NCBI GenBank assembly: GCA_963842525.1
Contig: CAWJGT010000011.1
Coordinates: 32,001 to 96,000, forward strand
Direction of reading: 5' to 3'
Origin: an uncultured Holophagales bacterium
GTDB lineage: Bacteria > Acidobacteriota > Thermoanaerobaculia > Multivoradales > UBA5704
DNA length: 64,000 bases
The notes below the pieces were generated by a model. That model saw only the letters and a list, made by a program, of their open reading frames with translations, was not told the DNA's origin and did no database searches. Made by a program: the position numbers and the translations under genes. Each line of letters starts with the position of its first letter. Positions within the stretch are counted from its first letter, which is position 1. Of this stretch, positions 53,176-64,000 are shown one piece after another.

Positions 53176-54210
53176 CTACGGCAGCGGCAGCAGGGGCGCC
53201 CAGTTCCACTCCGGCCTTTCCCCTCCCGTCAGCGCCATCTCCTGCCGCTCGGTCATGAGGTCGAGCGGCTCGCCGGCGCGGCGGAGGTTCTCGTGCTCCA
53301 GGCGGTTGCTGCGCACCGCGGCTTCCATCCAGGCGGGGCGCTGCGGGGCGGCGAGGTCGCCCGCCAGGTCGAAGGGGAGGAAGAAGGCGTCCTCGGGGGA
53401 GTCGAGGACGCCGCGGTCGGCGGCGTTCCGGGCGAGCGCCCGGTAGAGCGGGGCGAGCTGCGTCAGGAGCGCGCGCCAGGCCTCGCGGAACCGGCCGCGG
53501 TGGCGGTCGTGCCGGGGCACCTCGTGGGGCGCCAGCGCCTCGCGCGCCTCCCGGGCCCGCTCCGGCACCTCCGACCACGCGGGAGCGAGGAGATCGGGCA
53601 GGCCGAAGAGGCGCAGGTCGGCCTCCGCCCCGGTCCGCAGGTCCCAGGCCGCGCGGCTGAGGACCGGCGGCACGTCCTCGCCCGTGGCCCGCGCCCCCCG
53701 CCGGTCGAGCGAGGCGATCAGATCCGCCAGGAAGGCTTCGTTGACCCGCCCCAGCAGCCGCGTGAAATGGGCGCGGAAGCGGCGCCAGAGCTCGTCCGGT
53801 TGCTCGTCCTCCCGCGGCAGCAGCAGGCGGGCGGAGGGAGGGCGGAAGCGGAAGAGCCGCAGGCGGTGGAAGCCGAGGGCCGCCGTCAGGGCGCGCGCCT
53901 CGGCGGGCCGTGCGCCGGCCCCTCCCGGCTCGATCAGGGCCGCCAGCACGTCCTCGCCCCCCGGCACGCCGGCGAGCAGCGGCCGCAGCTCCTTCGCGTC
54001 CAGATAGAGCCGCAGACGGAGGATACGGAACGGCGGCGCCTCCGGCTGGGGGAGCCCCAGGTGATAGAGCGAATACCGCAGGCCTGTCATGGCGGCGTGC
54101 CGCAGCAGGGTCACCCCGAGATGCGACAGGGGCGGGAGCGGACCGGGAGTCAGGAGCGCCCGGCTGTAGGCGGGACGCGGCTCGGCAGTGGGCTCGAATC
54201 TCTCGCTCAA
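53176..54210 (-). CDS. Hypothetical protein with remote similarity to the Rph/PEP-utilising middle domain
   Basis: RGVLDSPEDAFFLPFD resembles AGVLRDKDDVFYLRFD in rph. Confidence 0.5.
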   Translation of the reverse strand: MSERFEPTAEPRPAYSRALLTPGPLPPLSHLGVTLLRHAAMTGLRYSLYHLGLPQPEAPPFRILRLRLYLDAKELRPLLAGVPGGEDVLAALIEPGGAGARPAEARALTAALGFHRLRLFRFRPPSARLLLPREDEQPDELWRRFRAHFTRLLGRVNEAFLADLIASLDRRGARATGEDVPPVLSRAAWDLRTGAEADLRLFGLPDLLAPAWSEVPERAREAREALAPHEVPRHDRHRGRFREAWRALLTQLAPLYRALARNAADRGVLDSPEDAFFLPFDLAGDLAAPQRPAWMEAAVRSNRLEHENLRRAGEPLDLMTERQEMALTGGERPEWNWAPLLPLP

Positions 54211-54422
54211 ACGGCATCTTCCAGGAGCATGTGTGCGAGTCTACGGCAATACGGAACTTTGAATCGACGTCGCGTTGCGGCAGAACGAGCGTTCGTTGAC
54301 TTCTCCCGGGGGTGGAAGTATAAGGATCGGAGATTTCTCGTTTCATCGAGTCTGCCGGCCGCCGCAAACCCATCGAAACAGCGTCCGGCTCCAAACATAG
54401 CCCTTAGTCGCAGGAGGTCTAC

Positions 54423-56881
54423 ATGTCCAGGAAGCACGCGTTCGTCCTCGGGTTGAGCCTGCTCCTGCTGGTCGCCGGAGCCGGGCTCGCAATGGCACAG
54501 GACACCGGACGGATCGAAGGTCGGGTCAGCAGCGAGGACGGAATCGGCCTCGACGGCGTCACGGTGCGGATCGATCAGCTCGACCAGGTGGTCCTCACCG
54601 ACGGCGGCGGAGCCTTCACCTTCGAAGGGGTCCCCGCCGGCAGCTACGACCTGAGCTTCAGCCTCGTCGACCGTACGGCGAGCGAAACGGGAGTCCAGGT
54701 GGCCGCAGGGGCCACTCGGACGGTCGACAAGGTAGTGGACTGGGATGTCAGCTTCGCCGACACGATCACCGTGACGTCCGTGTCGCGGCGCGCCGAGCGG
54801 ATCACGGAGGCTCCGGCGGCGGTGACGGTGGTGTCGCAGCAGGAGATCGAGCGCGAGGCGGCCACCGGCCAGATCCCGAAGCTCCTCGAGTTCACCCCGG
54901 GCGTCGACTTCACCCAGAGCGGCCTCTACGATCTCAACTTCAACACCCGCGGCTTCAACAGCTCCCTGAACCGGCGTATCCTGACCCTGATCGACGGCCG
55001 CGATCCGGCGGTGCCGTTCCTCGGCTCCCAGGAGTGGGCGGCGGTCTCCTTCCCGATGGACGATCTGGCCACCGTCGAGCTGGTACGCGGCCCGGGCTCG
55101 GCGCTCTATGGCGCGAACGCCTTCAGCGGCGTGCTGAACATGACCACGAAGTCTCCACGCGGCAGCGAGGGCGGCCTGCTCCGCGTGACCGCCGGCGAGC
55201 TCGGCACCAAACGAGCTGATTTCCGCTATGCCAAGGAGCTGGGCGCAGGGTTCTACGGCAAGATCCTGGCCGGCTACCTGAACAGCGACGACTTCACGGT
55301 GGCGCGCGTGCAGCTCCGTCGAGTACACCACCCCCTGCACTCTGCCGGGCCAGATCAACTGCCTGCGGCTGGAGAGGGTTCCCCTGGAGCTCGACGAGGT
55401 GAAGATCGGCTTCGGCGGGCTGCGGCTGGACAAGTACCTGTCCGAGAGCAAGGTGATCACGTTCGAGGGCGGTACCGCGGACCTCGAGGGGCCCACCTTC
55501 GTCACCGGGATCGGCCGCGTGCAGGTGACCGACGTCAAGCGCCCCTGGGGCCGCCTCAACTTCAATACCCTGCACTGGAACGTCCTGGGCTACTACGATC
55601 AGCGGAAAGCCAACGACCAGATCGCGCTCGCCTCGGGAGCCGCCCTGTTCGAGGACTCCTCCAACCTGCACGGCGAGGTCCAGGCCAACGCCAGCTTCGC
55701 CGCCGGCAAGGGCTTCGTGGTCGGCGGCGTCGCCTATCACGAGCAGGAGATCGACACCGCGAACCGCCAGGGCGTGCAGACGCTGATGGGCGAGGCCAAA
55801 AAGGAGGACCAGCAGGCCGTCTTCGGCCAGCTCGAGTACAGCTTCACGGACACGCTCAAGGGAGTCGTGGCGGCGCGCGTCGACGAGAGCACGCTCCACG
55901 ACACCCAGGTCTCGCCCAAGGCCTCCCTGGTCTGGGCGATCCATCCCAGCCACACGCTGCGGGTGACCTACAACGAAGCGTTCCAGGTCGCCAACTACTC
56001 CGAGTTCTTCCTGCAGGCGCCGACCACCATTCCGGGCACGACGACCTCGTCGCTCAACCTGGCGGCGATCGAAGCGGCGCTCCGGCCCCTCCTCGGCGGG
56101 GTCTCCCTGGGTTTCGGCAACATCCCGGTCCTCGCTCTGGGGAACAAGGACCTTGAGGTCGAGGAGATCAAGAGCTACGAGATCGGCTACAACGCCATCC
56201 TCGGAAGCAAGGCCTATCTGACCCTCGACTACTACAAGAGCGACATCACGAACTTCATCACCGACCTCATCGGCAACGTCTCGGCTGCCGGCCGGACGAA
56301 TCCCAACTTCGGCCCCTACGCGCCGCCGTCCACCCTGTCGGCGCAGGCCCAGGCGACCGTCATCGGACGCTCTTCGGGCGAACCTGCCCGCCTCGCTCTT
56401 CGCCCTGCTGTCAAACCTCCCGAACGGGCAGCCGATCGTCGCCCTGGCGTCCTACACCAACGCCGGCGAGGTGGACACCCAGGGGATCGACGTGGGGCTC
56501 AACTACTACGTCAACAACCAGTGGCTGTTCGATTTCAGCTACTCCTGGTTCGATTTCGACGTCAAGTCACAGGCGGTCGGGGATCAGCTCCTGCCCAACG
56601 CGCCGGAGAACAAGTTTACTCTCGGGCTCACCTTCACGGCTGACCGCTTCTCCTCCTCGCTGAAGTACCGCTGGACGGACGACTTCCCCTGGGCGGCCGG
56701 CGTCTTCGTGGGCGATGTCCCCTCCTACGACCTGGTCGATCTGAGCGCCAGCTACCGCCTGAACGAGCACCTGTCCTTCGGGGTCGACGTGAGCAACCTC
56801 CTCGACGAGGAGCACTGGCAAGCCTTCGGCGGCGACCTGCTCTCCCGCCGGGCCCTGGGGCACGTGACGTTCGCCTGGTAG
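54423..56881 (+). CDS. TonB-dependent receptor (frameshifts near 55310 and 56370)
   Basis: Signal peptide, carboxypeptidase-like N domain, plug RGFN...LIDGR...VRGPGSALYGANAFSGVLN, NLLDE, terminal aromatic W. Confidence 0.92.
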
Positions 56882-56947
56882 GACGGCACGGCAGGCGGCC
56901 GGTCTTGCTCCCCCTCTCCCTGGCCTCGGGGTGAGGGGGTTTCCATT

Positions 56948-59667
<2,720 letters not shown>

Positions 59668-59796
59668 CTCGGCTTACGCCGCGCGCCTTGGGGGCCGTCC
59701 GGGTCGCTGCCGGCTGAGCCGGTGCGGGGTGACTGTCCTCCTCAGGAGGATCGATCCCTCGCCGACCTTGGGCCCCACTGCGGGGGTCGCTCCGGA

Positions 59797-59856
59797 TTCC
59801 GTCTCGGTCCTCGCGGGTCCGGCCTCAGGCGCGGACGCTGGAGGATCCAAGCGGCT
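59797..59856 (-). ncRNA. pan RNA motif-like cis-regulatory element
   Basis: Minus strand CCGCTTGGATCC...GGACCGAGACGG arms upstream of panBCD, as recalled for the pan RNA motif. Confidence 0.65.
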
Positions 59857-60490
59857 GGAAGTACTCGGTCCCCTGGATCGGCTTCGCGAGCCGGTGCAAC
59901 AGCTCGTCGAAGTCCTCAGGCCGCTGCGGGAAGTTCAGGTGGCGCGTGTCCACCACCAGCAGCGGCGACCGGTCGTAGTAATGATAGTAGTGATTGTAGG
60001 CGTCGATCAAGCTCCGCCAGGTATTCTTCCGAGATCGTCTTCTCGATCGACCGCGCCCGCTCGTCGGATCCGCTCCATGCAGGTCGCCACGTCCGCCACC
60101 AGGTAGATGACCAGGTCGGGCACCGGAACCTGCGGCTCCAGCAGGGCGAAGAGCTTGTCGAACAGCATCAGCTCGTCGTCGGACAGGTTCAGGTAGGCGA
60201 AGATGCGGTTCTTCTGGAAGGTGTAGTCGGCGACGAGCAGGCGGTCGAACAGCTCGCGCTGCTGCGATCTCCTGCTGCTGCTTGTAGCGCGAGAGGAGGA
60301 AGTAGAGCTCGGTCTGGAAGGCGGCGCCCGGGCGGTCCTGGTAGAAGTCGCCCAGGAACGGGTTGTCCACGTCCTCCAGGATCTTCACGCCCTCGTAGCG
60401 GCGGGTCAGCATCTCCACCAGGGTCGTCTTGCCGACCCCGATCGGGCCGTCGACGGCCAGGTAGTGGAAACCGTGGGCGTCGGGTTTCAA
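59825..60490 (-). CDS. Deoxynucleoside kinase (frameshifted)
   Basis: YLAVDGPIGVGKTTL, NPFLGDFY, AFQTELYFLLSRY. Confidence 0.88.
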   Translation of the reverse strand: MKPDAHGFHYLAVDGPIGVGKTTLVEMLTRRYEGVKILEDVDNPFLGDFYQDRPGAAFQTELYFLLSRYKQQQEIAAARAVRPPARRRLHLPEEPHLRLPEPVRRRADAVRQALRPAGAAGSGARPGHLPGGGRGDLHGADPTSGRGRSRRRSRKNTWRSLIDAYNHYYHYYDRSPLLVVDTRHLNFPQRPEDFDELLHRLAKPIQGTEYFQPLGSSSVRA

Positions 60491-61648
60491 CTTGCCGCGA
60501 CGGGGTCTGCGAAGGTCGAAGGAGTCGGCACGAGCGGGTTGTAGAGCGTGTCGCGCTCGACCGGCGCGAAGCCGGCCTCGCGGACGATCCGCTCGAGCTC
60601 GGACCGGGTGAGCTGCTGCGACGTGCCGGCGCCGGCCATGTGGTAGATCTTCTCCTCCACCACCGTGCCGTCCAGGTCGTCGGCGCCGAAGCGCAGCGCC
60701 ACCTGGGCCAGCTTGGGCGTGATCATCACCCAGTAGGCCTTGATGTGCGGGATGTTGTCGAGCACCAGCCGGGAGGTGGCGATGTGGCGCAGGTCGTCCA
60801 TCCCGGTGGTGTGGTACTTGAGCCCCATGTAGTTGTTCTCGGGGTGGTAGGCCAGCGGGATGAAGGCGTTGAAGCCGCCCGTCTCGTCCTGCAGGTCGCG
60901 CAGGCGCAGCAGGTGGTCGACCTTGTGCTCCGGCTTCTCGACGTGGCCGTAGAGCATGGTGCAGTTGCTGCGGATGCCCATCTTGTGGGCGATGCGGTGG
61001 ACCTCGATCCACTCGTCGGCGTCGAGCTTGCCGTCGCAGATGATCTCCCGCACCTCGGGGTGGAAGATCTCGGCGCCGCCGCCGGGGAGCGAGCCGAGGC
61101 CGGCGTCGCGCAGCCGGCGCAGCACCTCCTCGATCGACAGCTTCTCGCGCTTGGCGAACCAGCCGATCTCGATGGCCGTGAAGGCCTTGAGGTGGGCGTT
61201 CGGGAAGCGCTGCTTCAGGCCGCGGAGCATCTCCTCGTACCAGGACATCGGCAGGTCCGGGTGGAGCCCGCCGACGATGTGGAACTCGGTGACCGCGGTT
61301 GCCCCCCTGGTCCGCGGCGTGAGCGTACACGTCCTCGTGGCTCATCTCCCAGGCGTGGTCCTCGCCGGGCAGGGCCGCGAAGCTGCAGAACTTGCAGTTG
61401 TAGGTGTAGACGCAGACGTTCGTCGGGTTGATGTGCCGGTTGACGTTGAAGTACGTCAGGTTGCCGTGCAGGCGCCGGCGCACCGTGTCGGCGAGCTGGC
61501 CGAGGTGGAGCACGTGCGGCGTCGTCAGGCAGGTCAGGGCGTCGGCCGCGTCGAGGCGGACGCCGTCGCGCACCTTGGCCGCGATCTCGCGCAAGGCCTG
61601 CGGGAACGTTTCGGGAAGGATCGGCGGAGGGGTCTCGCGAATCACCAC
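60487..61648 (-). CDS. mqnE: Aminofutalosine synthase (radical SAM; frameshift near 61290)
   Basis: [62 protein letters not shown]. Confidence 0.9.
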
Positions 61649-62511
61649 GCGAGGAGTATATCAAGCGCCGTGGCGGCGAAGAGCCAGACCGAGAGGATTC
61701 CGTTCGCCGTGAAGAAGGCGGCATTGAGCCGCGACAGGTCTCCCGGCCGGACCACCCAGTGCTGGTAGAGGATCAGGAGCAGGCAGCCGGCCCAGCCGAT
61801 CCAGTAGCCGGTCCCCAGGCCAGGCGGGTAGATCCGAGGGAGCAGGGCCAGGAGACCCAGCATGACCGCATGGAGGAGGGCCGAGATCCACAGCGACCGC
61901 ACCACGCCGAACCGGGCCGGGATCGAGAACAGGCCGGACCGGCGGTCGAAGTCGAGGTCCTGGAGGGCGTAGAGGATGTCGAACCCTGCCACCCAGAGGA
62001 GGACCGACGCCGCCAGGACGAAAGGCGTGGGAGCGACGTCTCCCCGCACCGCGATCCAGGCGCCCAGCGGCGCCCCCGCGAGCGACAGCCCCAGGAAGAC
62101 GTGCGAGGCCCAGGTGAACCGCTTGGTGTACGAATAGAGGAAGAGGATCGCCAGGGCCAGCGGCGACAGGTAGAAGGCCAGCGGGTTGAGCTGCCAGGCG
62201 GCGAAGACCAGCACGGCGGCGCTTGCCGCCACGAACAGGGCCACCCAGCGGGGTGTCACCTGTCCGGCGGGCAGGGCGCGGCCGGCCGTCCGCGGGTTGG
62301 CCGCGTCGATCCGCCGGTCCACCAGCCGGTTGAACCCCATGGCAGCGCTCCGGGCGCCCACCATGGCCACCACGATCCAGACCACCGTCCGCCACGAAGG
62401 CCACCCCTCGGCGGCCAGCAGCATCCCCAGGAATGCGAACGGCAGAGCGAACAGCGTGTGCTCGACCTTGATCATCTCGAGCACGGTCGAGAGGGAACGG
62501 AAGAAGGGCAT
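61642..62511 (-). CDS. UbiA-family prenyltransferase (MqnP-like, futalosine pathway)
   Basis: [43 protein letters not shown]. Confidence 0.9.
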   Translation of the reverse strand: MPFFRSLSTVLEMIKVEHTLFALPFAFLGMLLAAEGWPSWRTVVWIVVAMVGARSAAMGFNRLVDRRIDAANPRTAGRALPAGQVTPRWVALFVAASAAVLVFAAWQLNPLAFYLSPLALAILFLYSYTKRFTWASHVFLGLSLAGAPLGAWIAVRGDVAPTPFVLAASVLLWVAGFDILYALQDLDFDRRSGLFSIPARFGVVRSLWISALLHAVMLGLLALLPRIYPPGLGTGYWIGWAGCLLLILYQHWVVRPGDLSRLNAAFFTANGILSVWLFAATALDILLAW

Positions 62512-62535
62512 GGCGGGCGTATTCTAGCGATCCCC

Positions 62536-64000
62536 TCACCGACCCGCCGGGCCCGCCACCGCCGGCCCGCCCATCCCGAGGGTCTTCACCAGGAAGGACA
62601 GGATGTCGGTGCTCTCCTCGATCTGCTCGGAGAGCGCGGGCGCACCGCCGTGGCCGCCGCGGGTCTGGATGCGGATCAGCGCGGGGGCTTCCCCCGCCTG
62701 GTCGTGCTGGAGGCGGGCGGCGAATTTGAAGCTGTGGCCGGGGACCACCCGGTCGTCGGTATCCGAAGCGACGACCAGCGTCGGCGGGTACTTCGTCCCC
62801 TCCTTGAGGTTGTGGTAGGGCGAATAGGCGTAGAGCGCCTTGAACTCTTCAGGGTTCTCGGCCGAGCCGTAGTCGTCCACCCAGAAGCCTCCCACGGTGA
62901 AGACGTGGTAGCGGAGCATGTCCATGACGCCCACCTCCGGGACCGTGGCGCCGAAGAGGTCCGGGCGTTGCGTCATGGCGGCGCCGACCAGGAGCCCGCC
63001 GTTGCTCGCTCCGGTGATGGCCAGCCGGGCCGGCTTGGTATAGCCGTCCGCGATCAGCTTCTCGGCCGCGGCGAAGAAATCGTCGAATGTGTTCTGCTTG
63101 CGCAGCTTCGTCCCGGCCTTGTGCCACTCTTCCCCATACTCGCCACCGCCGCGCAGACAGGCGAGCGCCACCACGCCGCCGCGTTCCATCCAGGCCATCC
63201 TCTGGGGGTTGAAGCCGGGAGACTCGACGCTGTTGAACCCGCCGTAGCCATGGAGGATGGTCGGGTTGCCGCCGTCCAGCTTCAGCCCCTTGCGGTAGCC
63301 GAGGAACACGGGGACCCGGGTGCCGTCCTTGGACGTGGCGAAGACCTGCCTGACCTCGAAGGCGTCGGGATCGAAGGTCATCTTCGGCTGGTGCAGGACG
63401 CTGGTCGTGCCGGAGACCAGGTCGTAGCGGTAGATGGTATTCGGCCGGTTGAAGCTGGAAAACCGGTAGAGGAGCTCCGTGTCGTCGCGGCTGCCGGTGA
63501 AGTCGCGGCCGGAGCCGGACCCCGGCAGCTCGAGGTCGCGGACGTGCCGGCCGTCGAGGGTGAAGATGCGGACCCAGGCCAGAGCACCCCGCAGGTACTC
63601 CGTGACGAGCGAGTTGCCGACCAGCCCGGCGCCGTTGAGCGCGAGGTCGGATTGCGGGATCACCTCGCGCCAGCTCTCCCGCTGTGGCTCGCGAAGGTCG
63701 ACGGCGATCACCCGCCCCCGGGGCGCCTCGAAGTCGGTCTGGAAGAAGAGGACCGGCCCGTCGCTGCCCACCAGGTTGAAGTACCGGTTCTCGATGCTGG
63801 GGATCAGCGCCTGGAAGGTCCCATAGGGCTCGGAGAGGTCTCGCCAGAGGATGCGGACGATCCTACCCTTGCTCCAGAGGTAGAGCAGAAGGTAGCGGCC
63901 GTCCTCGGTGATCTGCGGGAAGGCGACCTGGTCGGCCTGCTCCGGTGCCTCCCAGACGAGCGGGTCCTCGGGCTGGAGGGTCCCGAGCCGGTGGTAGTAG
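62536..64000 (-). CDS. Prolyl oligopeptidase (S9A); 5' end lies outside the window
   Basis: [40 protein letters not shown]. Confidence 0.92.
   Translation of the reverse strand, partial: YYHRLGTLQPEDPLVWEAPEQADQVAFPQITEDGRYLLLYLWSKGRIVRILWRDLSEPYGTFQALIPSIENRYFNLVGSDGPVLFFQTDFEAPRGRVIAVDLREPQRESWREVIPQSDLALNGAGLVGNSLVTEYLRGALAWVRIFTLDGRHVRDLELPGSGSGRDFTGSRDDTELLYRFSSFNRPNTIYRYDLVSGTTSVLHQPKMTFDPDAFEVRQVFATSKDGTRVPVFLGYRKGLKLDGGNPTILHGYGGFNSVESPGFNPQRMAWMERGGVVALACLRGGGEYGEEWHKAGTKLRKQNTFDDFFAAAEKLIADGYTKPARLAITGASNGGLLVGAAMTQRPDLFGATVPEVGVMDMLRYHVFTVGGFWVDDYGSAENPEEFKALYAYSPYHNLKEGTKYPPTLVVASDTDDRVVPGHSFKFAARLQHDQAGEAPALIRIQTRGGHGGAPALSEQIEESTDILSFLVKTLGMGGPAVAGPAGR

Noticed and set aside
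54215-54420. Cobalamin or other riboswitch before the TonB receptor
   Set aside because: No recognisable B12 box or other aptamer core; it looks like a divergent promoter region

Overview
High-GC (~68-70%) bacterial chromosome segment. Gene content and repeats suggest Acidobacteriota, probably Thermoanaerobaculia (inference). Single-base frameshifts break many genes, including essential ones (mreD, mrdA, glnA, panB, panC, mqnE, hsdS, hsdR), so most are probably long-read indel errors rather than true pseudogenes. The housekeeping backbone is ruvA/ruvB, ppiD, mreBCD-mrdA-rodA-rng, glnA, ubiA-like/mqnE/dNK/panBCD (with a pan-type RNA attenuator), a TonB receptor and several peptidases. Three accessory regions interrupt it. 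(1) 1-9.1 kb is a defence island: an IS66 end, a truncated AbiEii, type I R-M hsdS and an hsdR fused to a C-terminal Schlafen/AlbA_2 domain, then a duplicated membrane-protein gene flanking a Panacea TA pair and a 21-bp repeat array, then higBA. (2) 28-35 kb holds a broken DUF4258/YgiT TA pair, a transposase remnant, a full-length rifamycin phosphotransferase (rph), Uma2 and an XRE regulator. (3) 43.6-50.6 kb holds a second 21-bp array, a coiled-coil gene, a His-Xaa-Ser radical-SAM locus and two vapBC-type pairs. In that locus the (HxS)7 precursor is fused to an extra C-terminal domain, there are two HxsD-like genes, HxsB has an in-frame internal deletion and HxsC is intact. No tRNA, rRNA or CRISPR array was recognised. 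Family assignments rest on motif recognition by eye, not database searches.
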